A stretch of 63,298 nucleotides of DNA, the filler included, from Neolecta irregularis DAH-3 (taxonomy: Eukaryota): the NCBI GenBank assembly GCA_001929475.1. It is 5 parts of 5 records of this genome, joined end to end, with 100 filler letters (N's around TTAATTAATTAA, not from the genome) between each part and the next. Parts side by side here need not be neighbours in the genome. Positions count along the whole stretch, not along the records: positions 39,689 to 61,952 come from LXFE01000511.1; 4 more parts are not named here. One strand, 5' to 3'. Numbering within the stretch: position 1 is the first letter of the stretch; the number at the start of each line of letters is the position of its first letter. The position numbers were made by a program, and so were the translations under genes. Below, one piece after another: positions 39,689-51,952 of this stretch. The notes below the pieces were generated by a model. The model ran no database searches. It worked only from the letters and a program-made list of their open reading frames with translations, and was not told the origin of the DNA.

Positions 39689-40714
39689 TCCGATCTAGGG
39701 GGCGGGAGGGCGGCAGGGGGGGCCGCACCTATGAGGCGGCGGATGCCGGGGGAGTAGGCGGGCAGGGCGGGGAAGGCGTAGGCGGCGTTGAGGACGGCGA
39801 GGGGGCCGTGGGCCTCGAAGGGGGTTGTGTAGTAGCACAGCTTGTAGAGCAGGACGCCGAGGGCCCAGATGTCTTTGGGGGGTCAGCGGGGGCCGCGGGC
39901 GGGGAGGGCGGCGGCACCGGACTTTTCGCCGATGGGCAGGCGGCGGTAGACGTCTGTCATTTCGGGGGAGCGGTACTGCAGCGTGGTGTGCTGCTGGATG
40001 TCGCGCTCGAGGGCGGCGCAGGCGGCGCGCGAGGCGGGCGCGGGCGTGGGCGGCGCGCAGGAGCCAAAGTCGCACAGCTTGTAGCAGGCGGGCGGCTGGA
40101 GCAGCACGTTCTCGATCTGCGGCGGGTGAGCGCGCGCGGCAGATCGGAGGCGCAACCTTGAGATCGCGGTGCACGAGCGGCGGCGCCAGGTAGTGCATGC
40201 AGGCGACGGCGCGCACGACGTCGCTGAAGATGGCGAGGATCTCGCGCTCCGAGAGCCGCGCGTGCAGGCGCGCGTTCATCAGGTCGATCAGCGCGCCGCC
40301 GACGCAGTGCTCCATCAGCACAAACACCTCGTAGCCGCCGCCCCGGAGGTGCGCCGCGTGCGAGTCGATGTACGCGACGACGTGGCGGTGGCCGCGCAGC
40401 AGTTTCCGCGCCCGTCAGCACCCGCCGCCCAGCCCCGGGTCAGGTACCATGGTCTGCACCTCGGTGCGCACCGTCGCCAGCGCCTGCTTGTCCGGCGCCG
40501 CGACCCGCTTCAGCACCGCCGCCCCGCCGCCGCCGTCCAGCGACACGAGGTAGACGTGCGACGACCCGCCTGCCCGTCAGCCGCCGCCGCCCGGCCAGCA
40601 CTCACCCTCAGACAGGAACTGGTCGATGCACACGCGGTGCGAGCCGACCGTGATCAGCGTGCCTGGCGGGAACGTGCCCGGCGGAGCAGGCGGGCGGGCG
40701 GCAGCGACATCCAT
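39689..40714 (-). CDS. Ark1/Prk1 (NAK) family Ser/Thr kinase (3' truncated)
   Basis: [75 protein letters not shown]. Confidence 0.93.
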
Positions 40715-40728
40715 GGAGGTTGCTGGTG

Positions 40729-40808
40729 TAGACTCAGACTCAGACCAGACTCAGACCAGACTCAGACCAGACTCAGACCAGACTCCACACCAGACTCCAC
40801 ACCAGACG
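40729..40808. repeat. (CCAGACTCAGA)n short tandem repeat
   Basis: Directly visible between the kinase start and the LMBR1-like stop. Confidence 0.9.
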
Positions 40809-40825
40809 ACTATTAATAATAATCT

Positions 40826-42791
40826 CTATGCCCCTGTTGCCCACCCTGCGTCGTCGCTCGCTGTCCGCCGCCGCACCCGGAAAAACTCCAGCCCGCTCTC
40901 CACAGAATTCCAGAGCCGCTCCGCAGACTCAGACAGCCGCTGGCCCACAGTCGCGTCCCCCGCCCCCGCGCTGCTCTCCTCCACTTCTTCCCGCGCCAAA
41001 CACCGCCCTGCGAGCATCCCGCTCTCGTCCCACCCCCCTGTCAGTGCTGCCGCGTTACTCATCGTCGCCCAGCCACATACCGCGCTCTATCAACGCCCTC
41101 CCCTCAAAAGCCCCCTCCGCCGCATCCTCCTCGTCAACCCACTGGCTCAACCCAAACATCGTTTTCGCTCGGTCATAAAGATTCAACAACGTCGCTAGCA
41201 CGGGAACCAATATCGCAAGCGGGAACCAGCTATTCAACCCAGCCCCCAGAGCCGTCAGGTTGACGCTAGATCCAAAAAACTTCTCAAACACACTGCTAGA
41301 CCCCGGCGCAAGAAGCGTGTTGTAATTATAGCTTAGAGGGAACCTGCCCCATCAGCCCCATCCACAAACAAGTCTTCACGTCAACCGGCACAGGTACGAT
41401 GCAAAGAAAATCAGTGATGGGGGGTCCGTGTGGTGATTCGGAACTAGTGCAAACAGGTTGAACACTTGCAGCCTGAGCAGTGTCGTATAAGTGCACACGG
41501 CCATATACGTCAGGATTGCAACCGAGATCAGCTATTTTGTTCAGCAGAGGATCTCGACAAAAGTACCTCCACAAGCGCCCATTTTGGGCCCGCCCCACGA
41601 ACAACGATCCCCACAATGCTGATCAAAGGGTGCTTGGCATTGATAAAGATTTCAGAAAAGACAATAATGGCAGATAACATCCCTAGAAGCACTGCGGTGA
41701 CGCGTTTGGCTAAAGGAACCACATTAACGTAAAAGTGATATGCAGCACGAGGCGAAAATAGCCCACTTCTCGCAGTGTTAAATCGTATCACCAATTCGCC
41801 CTTGGATGATGTTCCCGCGTCCATCACATCCTGAATAAATGTAGCTACACGGATCAACGACCCCCATTCACTGCCCGTCAAATTCATTTCCATATAAAAT
41901 ACATACCTAGTGTACCGTTCCTTCTTCCGAGCAGCAGACCTGACCCTCCTTGTTAAACTCGCAAGATATTCATCATCCACTCGGTCGAGCGGTATCGGGC
42001 TTCGATTGGACCCCCGATGCTCTTGTGCCGATGGACACATTGCAATCAATTCCTTCACCCAGGCTTTGTGTTCACCAAACACTTTATGTTCCAAAGCAGA
42101 AACCTCTGCCCCGACTTCAGCTAGTGTCTCTGAGGCTTCTTCCTTGGCATCCCAGACTATAACAGCACGACGTTCTAGGTCCCGTAACTGATACTGCCGC
42201 GAAGCGGAATACCACAGCCTTCGTGGGATATTGACGAGACCGTGGCCCATCAGCATGATTACAATGACCAGACCCCATGAATTGGCTAGTGCAATGATCG
42301 TTGATTTGATTGCAGCTCTACCACTTTAAAATAGATCGAGCAACAGCATACGCCGATGAAACCTTGGTAGATGCCAGTATGTAGACAAGAACCGAACTCG
42401 AAATCACAAGGCCAATGATCTGGTTACGAAGATTGGTGAGGAGCGCGCTCTTGAGACGTTTCCAGGGAGCCCGATGACCACTGTCGACATAATTCTGCAT
42501 GTTTGGAAACACAAACCAAGTGAAAACAGCACAAGTCCACCAGGTCGTTCGCCAAACGACGACAAGCACATTCTCGGGAATGAAAAAAAGGGGCCGTTGG
42601 TTCTTGGTGCTAGAAGTTGATGCGAGATCGAATGGAAAAAGTAACACCACGGAGAACGGAATAAACCATCCTATAAACACAGCTGCAGGGACATACGCCG
42701 GTAAACTGCGCGGCCGAGAGTAGAATGAAAGCAGACCTGCCACAAGACAGCCCACCAATGCAAAGGCAAATACAGTCGGCAGCCAGACCAT
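40826..42791 (-). CDS. LMBR1-like multi-pass membrane protein (LMBRD2-like)
   Basis: VFIGWFIPFSVVLLFPFDLAS, TWFVFP.MQNYVDSG, ALANSWGL..MLMGHGLVNIPRRLW, FNSWFP-like C-terminal motif and TLLNLYDR. Confidence 0.88.
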
Positions 42792-43008
42792 CGAGTTGCG
42801 GGGATCAACTTGCCGGTGTCGTAATCTCCGATAAGCCCCAGAACATGATTCATCATACCATAAAATAATACATAGAATGTGACTACTTTGATAGTATAAA
42901 AGCTTTCAAGCACTTGTGCTTCATAAAAATGTGACGGTGGATGTGGGATTGGTCTCACTTGTTCTCGGATTGACATCAAACTCTTTCATAAACATCAAAT
43001 ATACACTT

Positions 43009-43456
43009 ATGGGCGGTGCCGAAGTACCTTCATGGAGTATGTTCTTCTCTCTTGCACAAGTCATCTAACCAACAGTGGTCTTGTAATCTTCCTTGTCTGT
43101 TCTAATTCGTCCAGGGCTGGTGGGGCAGTTTTAAAGGCCGTAAACAGAGTTTGTACTAGTTTCACTGCCCTCACTGACTGCTTCAGGGGGAATTACTACC
43201 TACACTTTGTCTCCCTTTGCTGCTCGTCCGTTTGCAGGAGCTCTTCACGCCGCCATTTTCAATACCGCCCGGCGAACCAGAGGACAGCTCTTCTACGTTG
43301 CACCGCCATTTATCGCAGGCTATTTTGTCTGGGACTGGGCCAAGAAAAGGTTGAATTTAATTAATCCCTCGGATTCTCATCTTTAGAAATGCGTACTTGA
43401 ATTCCAAAGCTGGACATCAAGAGGCACAAGCACAAGAAGAAGCTTTACGAGGTTAG
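43009..43456 (+). CDS. QCR8: Cytochrome bc1 complex subunit 8
   Basis: Spliced product MGG...MGWWGSFKGRKQRGITTYTLSPFAARPFAGALHAAIFNTARRTRGQLFYVAPPF...NAYLNSKAG. Not in the ORF track. Confidence 0.9.
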
Positions 43457-43657
43457 AATATATGCACATCTTCTTTTTGCCTGTGCGTCTTGCAATGCGA
43501 GCCCGAGTCGAGTATCTATGCTATTCTATACCTAAAAGTAGGCACAATTGTATCTAGTAAGCTTTTAACGCATCCATATGCTCTTTCATGTATCCCACTT
43601 TGTTTTCGTCCATGGCTTATATCGGCGTGACCAATCTCCGCCGTAGCAAGGTTATCA

Positions 43658-45644
43658 ATGAACATCGACATTCGAGCAGCCCAAGCGGATGTCCTTCCAA
43701 ACCCTACTCGTTTACCAAGAGTAGATATGAAATCTGATCCTTTGTCAGAGCGCAGCTGTGACTATGTTTCTGCGAAACCATTAAAGGTAAAATTACTGAT
43801 TCGCGGATTAACAACTCCGAGATCCAGCCTGTGCAGATACATACACATGGCCAATCATTTTTGGGAAGTCTGAAAATGACTCCAAATCATCTCATATTTC
43901 AATCGACTGCACGCGATCTGTGGTATCCATATCCGATCGTGAATACTGTGGAAAGGCGGATACCGTCGGCAGATGGCTCTCAGAGTGCTCTCAGATTTCG
44001 GAATAGAGATTTTAGCTCTATAACGCTTTTCTTTTCGTCAAGGTCCGATTGTGATTATGTATTTGAGCATATCATGGGTCACACTTGTATCAGTATGTTC
44101 CTGAAGATTATAGGTTAATATCAAGCATCCGTTCTCTGTTTATATGCATTTTCTTACAAGCCTGGCCTCTTGGAGTCCTCGCTTAATTCGTGGTCCCTGT
44201 ATGACCCTCGGAAAGAGTTTATACGTCTCGGTGTGAATACGAGAACAAAAGAATGGAGATTTACAAATGTGAATATGAATTTCGAGGTATCCCCAGATCA
44301 TATCAACGGCCTCACGCCTAGAGATGCCCAACCTATCCAGAGCTACTTGTTGTTCCTTCCAAGATCAGTGACAATACTCTGAATTATGGTTACAAATATC
44401 GATCAAAGGGTCGAATTCCTGCACTGACATATATACACACATTGAACAATGTATCAAATCTTCTAGTCGTCAGATTACTGAATCACAGTGTACAATAACT
44501 CGATCGTCTCAACCCTTGGTGGGGATAAAGCAGAACAGATCAATTCAAGACGAGAAGCTGCTGGAAGCTATCTTTGCTACAACACATCCAGATGGCGTAT
44601 ATGGTTCGCAAGCTAACAACCTCATTATCGATGCTAGGCCAACCAAGAATGCCTTCGCCAATGTAGCTATCGGAGCCGGCACAGAGGATATGAATAATTA
44701 CAAGAACGCACATAAAGCATACCTTGGCATTGACAATATTCATGTTATGAGAGATTCACTCGCAAAAGTTGTCGAAGGTTCAACCAATATCTTGTCATAT
44801 ATGCTAATTTAATAGCCATCAAGGATTCTGATCTCGTTCCCCTCCCTCCAAACCGTGAATTGCTAGCCAAATCTGGTTGGTTGAAGCATATTTCAGCAAT
44901 CATTGATGGCTCTCTTCTTATCACCAGGACGATTCACATCCAACATTCTTCAGTCCTAGTACATTGTTCTGATGGTTGGTCCGTCTTCTGTACCGATGAT
45001 ATGCAAGCTGACATGCTAGGGATCGTACTAGTCAGTTATCGGCTATTTCACAACTATGTCTCGATCCGTATTATCGGACCGTGGAAGGATTTATGATCCT
45101 CGTGGAAAAGGATTGGATGTCTTTTGGTCATCGATTTGCAGATAGATGTGATCATCTTACATCAGAAAAGGCCTTCTACACTACCGATGGTGGAAATTCA
45201 ACTCTTGCCTCGATGATAATCAAACCGTTTTTTGGGACCAAAGAAAGCTCACCCGTGTTTCACCAATTCCTAGATTGTACCGAGCAAATTCGCCAACAGT
45301 TTCCAAATCGATTCGAATTCAATGGGCGGTTTCTGAAGCGTATTTTATATCACTTGTATTCTTGCCAATACGGCAATTTTATATCAAACAGCGAGAAACA
45401 GCGATGCGAACATCGCGTTAGAGAAAACACAAGGTCTTTGTGGGATTATTTCCTGACTAGAAGATCTGATTTTGTTAACGAGTGTTATAATCCTGCTTTA
45501 GATCTTCCCGGGGATACAGTTCTTTTGCCTGACCCAAAACATGTGCAGTGGTGGTCAGATGTATTCGGAAGAACAGACGAAGAAATGAATTCTGGCCTTT
45601 CAAAAGGTGAAATCCTAGGGGTCGGTGTTGACTTTATTAAATAG
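43658..45644 (+). CDS. Myotubularin phosphoinositide 3-phosphatase (Ymr1-like)
   Basis: CPTYP, RSKGRIPAL, RSSQP.VG, IIDARP, GIDNIHVMRDSL, catalytic VHCSDGW|DRT, EKDW.SFGHRF, SPVFHQFLDC. Confidence 0.93.
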
Positions 45645-46291
45645 CAATTATGAAAACCGGTATATCTACTGATTGGTGCGTTCTCCTAGAATCCTTTAAA
45701 ACTCCTTCATAATTAACCAAAACATATTTATGATCGGATATTCTATATGAAATTGTCAAAGGGCCCTGGCGGCTCATCCGAGTTGCCGTGATTCACGATT
45801 TTGATGGATACTGGGATAGGGATGAAAACAAGCCACATTATCTGTAAGATATATCATCAAATATGGTGTAAGGTTTGATTCGTATCAATCTACAAGGTTT
45901 TGGGTACCGAGGATATTGACCTGAACCGCATCTATCCCATTTGTACCAGGTCCTCATCACACATATTATATATCTGACTCGTGGGGCAGCTCAGTCGTTG
46001 ACTAGAACGAAGAGGGCATGGTAGAGCCATACTTGTTGTTCGTTAGACCATGGGTTCTAATGTTATCAAATATTTTCTCGGTTTCGACGGGAAATTTCCA
46101 AAGTCTCGGGACAAGCTTCTGCCAGAGTAAATGTGGTTAATAATTATGCAACCTATGAAAATGTCTTGCGACGAGAGTATGCTACATCATGTATGGCATA
46201 CCCTATGAAACCTTCTTGAACCTTCAAGAAACCAAAAGAATAAACTTCACACCTGACTGCCTTGAAGAAGAACGAATGTTCATCTCCACAG

Positions 46292-47044
46292 TTAAAAACA
46301 TACACACGTTCTGTTTCGCTTTCCAACAGGATCCACATAGCCCTCTCCAATCAAAACCCAAAGCCCAAGAATGAGAACGGTACGGACAAATTTTGTCTTT
46401 GTGATTTCTGCATCCTGTGAAGAAATACTTGCTAGGACATCTTGAAAGTCGGAGGAAAAGATAATAGCATTCTTTGTAATGCGAGCAAGGGGTTTGGCCT
46501 CAAGACTGAACGGTACCGGGGTTGAGAGCATGACAAATCTCCATTCAAAGCTCCCAGCTTCATCTGAAGATTTTCTGCGCTTGTATCTGGTCCAGCGACA
46601 AATGAACTGGAAATGATTTCGTACGGATGTGAATTCATAGTTCTTCCTGTTCTTGTCGCTGAGATTCGAGATAACAGAGAACATCATATCTTCTACCGAA
46701 ATATGCTCCTTTCCATTCTTCACTCTGAACGCTGCGAGCTTCTGCTCACTGTTCGAATCTACAACCAAGGCGATAGTTTTCCGATGACGACATGCAAAGT
46801 GACTAGGTAGTTCTAGGTTTAATGCAGGGGATGCGTGGTTCGGTGTTGGTGAACTGAGGAGTTGGAGTTGCAATAGCAATAAGGGTGACTTTCCGTAGAA
46901 CAAAAACGTTCGAGTAGGAGGATAAGCGATAAGATACGTCATTCGCTTCCGCGAAATCGACGTTGAGCCCACCAACGGAGAGGGAGATATCGAGTTACGA
47001 TCAGGAGAAGCCGATGACTCTGGATTTGAACCACCCTCAGACAT
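46292..47044 (-). CDS. Hypothetical protein
   Basis: 250-aa ORF with natural composition; family not recognised; the 3' end may splice further. Confidence 0.55.
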   Translation of the reverse strand: MSEGGSNPESSASPDRNSISPSPLVGSTSISRKRMTYLIAYPPTRTFLFYGKSPLLLLQLQLLSSPTPNHASPALNLELPSHFACRHRKTIALVVDSNSEQKLAAFRVKNGKEHISVEDMMFSVISNLSDKNRKNYEFTSVRNHFQFICRWTRYKRRKSSDEAGSFEWRFVMLSTPVPFSLEAKPLARITKNAIIFSSDFQDVLASISSQDAEITKTKFVRTVLILGLWVLIGEGYVDPVGKRNRTCVCF

Positions 47045-47420
47045 TTTGACCAGGGAGACGCTGTGAGATGTGTCTTAGCTGATGATGACGATTGCGTGTG
47101 AAAACCAGTCCAAGGCTATGGCACAGCAGAATTGTATTTTTAGTAGGGCAGGGGGATGGAGGCCAATGATATATGCGCGACAGACGGTTGACCGGAACAA
47201 GGTCCGGTTGTGATTGGCTAGTGGTGTGGGGAAGGTAGCGGCTATACCTAATCACCGAGTTATCTCCACGGTGCCGGGTAAATACTTTGCGCGACGCAAG
47301 GTGTTGTCGGACGATACGGAATTAAAAACCAGAGATTCCACCCCTTCAGCGGCATATGGAAAACGTCATATGAAGGTAGGTTTTCGAGTCGATGTCGATA
47401 CTATCTAGATCGGCGATAGC

Positions 47421-47753
47421 TGTGGGCACACACCGTTACCCCACCATCGCAACTCCCACCAGCTTGCCACCGCCACCGCCTAATCATCGGACGGAGCAGA
47501 GAGCAGCAAGGGCCGCAGCTCATCCCAGTCGGGCCAGTCACAAGCATCGCCACCCAGCAAAGCAGTAGAAAAGGCCGGCAGGCAGATGACGGCAGCAGCC
47601 CGTGTGGCGAATCTGTATATAAGTAGCTCCTAGCCGGACTAGCTGGTCGCTAGGCTTTCATCTGATATTCAATTTACTCTTACTCATAGTATCTACGTCG
47701 GCATATCCAATCCAAGTCCACATCGGCACCCAACCCCAGGTCGTGTGCTGACA
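47421..47753 (+). mobile_element. Solo LTR, family B
   Basis: TGTGGGCACA...GTGCTGACA; flanks ATAGC/ATTGC form a 5-bp duplication with one mismatch; internal TATATAA. Confidence 0.88.
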
Positions 47754-47943
47754 ATTGCTCGTTTCTTCGGTGATTAGACCGTCATGTAGAAGAAGCTATC
47801 CATCTTCCTATTGTCAAATAAACCACTATACAAGAGCTTTAATACTTTCAAGTATGTTTTCATGAGTCGATGAGAAAGGGTGATGTTTGGGGTGTCGGTT
47901 CGTACGCCGCCGAGCTTAATCCTGCTTTACTCCTGATCTCACC

Positions 47944-48517
47944 ATGTCCGACGGTAGCTTCCGTAAAATTGATATTGATGCTTTTGGTGACGACCATGTA
48001 ACCGAGGAAGAATTATATCCGCCAGATCTACCCTCATCAGATGATGTTTACGCGGATGTACAAGGCAGGACCGAACAGGTTCGAAGCCTATTGAGAAGGT
48101 CTGCACTCGCAATCTCTCATGGCTAACTCAAAGGGGCGATGTTCATTCTGCTCTCCCTTTGGTTCTCGCAAACCCTCCTTATGGTGTTAGAAATGAGAGC
48201 GCCAAGGTCTTTTAAGTGACTTCTTCTTTTGCTGATGTCAGTAGGAGATTCATTCCCATACGGTTATGGAGGTTCTAAGTTCAATCAAAGCATCAGAGAT
48301 CACTATCTTGCTGAAACAACTTTCACCAGATGACAATGACGTTCTTATGAAGTATTTATACAAGGGGATGGCCAGTCCGGAGACATACAACATGGCTGTT
48401 TTGTTGAATTGGCATGAAAAGGTACAATTTACTCTTAGCATGCATAACTAATGAAAGCTCGTTGAAGTAGCAGGTAATGGTGCAATTGTCCGCGCGATTA
48501 GTGGATATACAGTTTAA
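47944..48517 (+). CDS. ARC15: Arp2/3 complex subunit ARPC5/Arc15
   Basis: FRKIDIDAF, PPYG, VMEVLSSIKASEI, DVLMKYLYKGM, AVLLNWHEK|LVEVAG.GAIVRA. Confidence 0.92.
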
Positions 48518-48543
48518 CTCGTGCTATGCATGAATGACATATT

Positions 48544-49227
48544 TTATTCCTCGGCGCTGCATGTCGTCCTGAACTGTTCATCTACTTTATCTAAAAGACT
48601 TTGCGTCCACTTGACTGCATTTCTCCGCTTCTGACGTGCTTCGGATGCATCCTCCAGGTCCTGCGGTATATCTATAGCATCTAGGTCGAGCAGTCTTTGT
48701 AAGAGTAACTCTCCTAGACGGGCATGAATTTCCTTGTTCTTAACGGGATCTCTTGTTCAACACCAAGAAAAAGAAACTAGAGGTACCGGTAGGGGTGGAT
48801 TTAAGGTAGCCGTCAACTTGCGGGCATAGTTCAATATTTGTGCGATCTATTGATGCTTGGATGATATCAAGGAATGACTTTTTCAAGTACTGAGGAGGCT
48901 GAGCCTGGTATTATCAGCTATGAATGTCTGGGGGTGTGTCCTTGCATTATCTCGAAAGTCCTCCATAACTAGAACTTGAGCCCCGCTTCTGATGCCATAC
49001 TCTGCAAGGGGTTTGTCGTCGTTTGCTAATTCGACACCGGCAAAGTAGTACCGCAGTTTCGGTGTTCCTATGCGACGAGAACAGTGCGACTTGAGTTCCT
49101 CCAAAGTCGCGCGTTTGGCTGAGATGGCATTTTTTTCAAAGGTTACAGGGAACTTTTCCGTTCCGTACCAGATAGTCAAGGAGTCGGTCGACGTCTTGGA
49201 CGACACGACAGAGCGAAACCAGTCCAT
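48544..49227 (-). CDS. BAG-family co-chaperone (ubiquitin-like plus BAG domain)
   Basis: UBL region (FAGVELANDDKPLAEYGIRSGAQVLVM), then BAG helix LGELLLQRLLDLDAID...ARQKRRNAVKWTQSLLDKVD. Confidence 0.8.
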
Positions 49228-49431
49228 TGCTGGCTGACACGAGCGTGTAGGGAGAGGTTCGACTATGAATAGACTGCGGGTTGAGCGCTCTGGGGATAAA
49301 TACATGGTTTAGTGCGCGCGTATCCTGTATGCATTATGTATGCGTTGTATATGCGTTTTGCAGTTGCTCGCACCGGCCGGTCTGCATTCAGGCTGGGCCT
49401 ATGCGACTCGCCTCGTCCAGCAGCCGCAGTC

Positions 49432-50831
49432 ATGGCCACCGCGTCTCGCCGATTACACCACGCTGACTCGGCCCTCTTCCGCCAATTCCCAGACGGCTTC
49501 GAAATCATACTGGGCCGCAATGTATGTCTGCCTCTAGCTCCTGCCCATTGATTTACCCAGGGCCACGATGCTGTCTACGGCCTTACTCCCGGAATTCCTC
49601 CCGCCTTCCGCAAACGCGATCTCATCCCCCAAACCCCTGCCAAAGCCGCATTTCCCAACAACATCAACAGCAGCAGCAGCAACATTGATATCAAAAATAG
49701 CAACATCGACATCATCAGCAACAACAGCAACATTGATAGTGATATAAACGGTATCCAGGTCCCCGACTATCCTCTTGCAACTCCTTCCATCATCCTTCCA
49801 CAGATAGCGGGCTTCTCACCCAGCCTAGTCTATGGACACTCCCCTTCTCCAGCTGGCACTGGTCTCGACTCCGCAATTGACAGTCCCAACTCTTCACTTC
49901 CTGAGCAATCCTATTCTTATACGTCAATTGCCTCCAACTACAGCCTCCAGGCTGCTTCCAATGGCTCACCCCAAAAAATCCGAAGTGTATCCTCCAGCTC
50001 TCGCATACCTGTCTCTCGAGCATCCCCCATTCCCATTCCCGTAAAAATGCTGAACCGAACAATACCCTTGCATTTGACAGAGAAAGATAGCGTTGTCAAT
50101 GACATGCAACCGACCACAAGTCATGACAGACAATCGTCTACTAGCAGGCGACGGTCAGAGCCCGATCTGCATGTACAAGAGACCATTCCGATGATGAGAA
50201 CAGTTGTCAGTCAAAGTCAGACCCGAGGTCGCCCGCGGCCACCGTCACCATCCACAGCCTGTAAGCTATCTCGTCGCATATCAAAGTCTATACCTTCGTT
50301 TTCACCTCGCAGGCCAAAAACTCCCACCGGCCCTCCACCTTGGCTTATTCCACAGCACTCACCACAATCACACCTCCCTCCCAACCAGCAGATTGTACCT
50401 ACCGTTGCCCGCAGGCTCGAGGCGACGCGGATTGCTCAAATGTCGGAGGATGATCCAACCTTGGTACGGATCTGGGATCGATGCATGAATCCTATGGTTG
50501 TGCAGCACTGTATTCCTCAACCGCAGTCAAAGCCTTCCACTCGGCCTCTGTCGAAAGAGACACAAAATCAAATCCTCGAAAAGCTGGTCTCTAGAGAACA
50601 AGTCTCTGCAACATCTATTGCTGTGCATATTCTCTAATCCCTACAGTGCTGATGTTACAGAATGAATTTCTTCCAACCTTTTCTGGATCAGCGTCTGCGA
50701 TGCCACCACAAAACACCATTGATGAAACAGGAACAGTCATGTTGAATCATAAGAGAAAGACGTTTATCAGTCCCACAGATGATATGGGAGTCAGAGGAAC
50801 GCCGAGCCCTTGCTGTTGTGTGATCTCATAG
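49432..50831 (+). CDS. Hypothetical low-complexity protein ending in a CaaX-like motif
   Basis: Chain of Pro/Ser-rich ORFs linked by short introns; the last exon ends PCCCVIS-stop. Confidence 0.5.
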
Positions 50832-51002
50832 GTCAATGGAAGGTGTTTCTCACAAAATATAACGCGGGGGCGACGCTGGACATATGGTTTGCACCGAACT
50901 GCATTCATACATGTGCTGTAGGACTATCTTGATTTGTTCACATGGAATATCTACATTTGCTTCATTGACTTTCTTCAAGGCGTTGAGGGCACTGGTTTTA
51001 TG

Positions 51003-51952
51003 TTAGGCATGTTGGTTTTCGTCTAATTCTTCTACCTTTCGTTTGCTAGTATACTGTAAGGAAGGTTTTTCTAGCATACTTACCTTTGGTTTTTAATCAA
51101 TCCACGGATAGTGAGATCATATACTACTAGAGCTTCTCAGGGCGATAGCTCTAGGGCACATACCTTCTTCAACCTTCTTTACATCATATTTAATTGAATC
51201 AAACCGCCGACGAAGCGAATCATTCTTCAAGTTGAGTAAGGAGAACGCAGAATGCAGTTCTTTTACAAAGGTACTGATTTTGAGGGGCTTTTTGAAATCT
51301 TGCATGGTCACCGAGTTAACTGCGAGGCGGGACTGACTGTCAGCAGTGGACGAGACGAGGCGATGCCAATTCGTTGATCAGTGAAATGATAGCGTGAAGA
51401 TAATCCTCGACGCTTAAATGAAATTTGTCATCCTCGACGACGTCTGAAGGGACTAACTTGGAAAGGATCAAGGGATAGACATGGAGCGGCATACCTCCGA
51501 GTTCGCGACTCACTTGGTCCAAAGTTGCCAGTGCTTCATTCTCAAGATAAAACATCAGGATGACTGCGAAGGAAGCCTGTTGAATAGCGCGATTCCATGT
51601 GTCATAGTATCGATAATAAGGATAGCTTGCGGCAATATTTTCAAGTTCTTTAATCCTAGATTTCTGCTCGCAGAAAAGAGGATGGCTAAGGACACTCAAT
51701 TCGGGAACTGAGATCAGCGGCTTCATTTATAATTTCGTGCAGTTAGGTGTGGAGTGAGCCTGTGCCAGAACTGAAAGGATAGAACGAGTGTCGCGATCCA
51801 GAGCCGTAACAGCCTTACGAAGATCCTAATAAAAGTGAGCTGCTTAACCCCTATAGGCTTACCTCACGGGCTTGCAAATCCAAGTCGATATCCTGCTGGA
51901 CCTTTTGAAAGATCTGGGGGTCGATGATAGGAGCAGAAGATATACTGGTCAT
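51003..51952 (-). CDS. TSN: Translin
   Basis: YYRYYDTW, FHLSVEDYL.AIISLINEL|SRLAVNSVT..D, LNLKNDSLRRRFDSIKYDVKKVEE..YDLTIRGL. The exact 3' end is uncertain. Confidence 0.92.

Noticed and set aside
39729-41198. Many long overlapping ORFs
   Set aside because: Stop-codon scarcity in GC-rich DNA; explained by the kinase and LMBR1-like genes.
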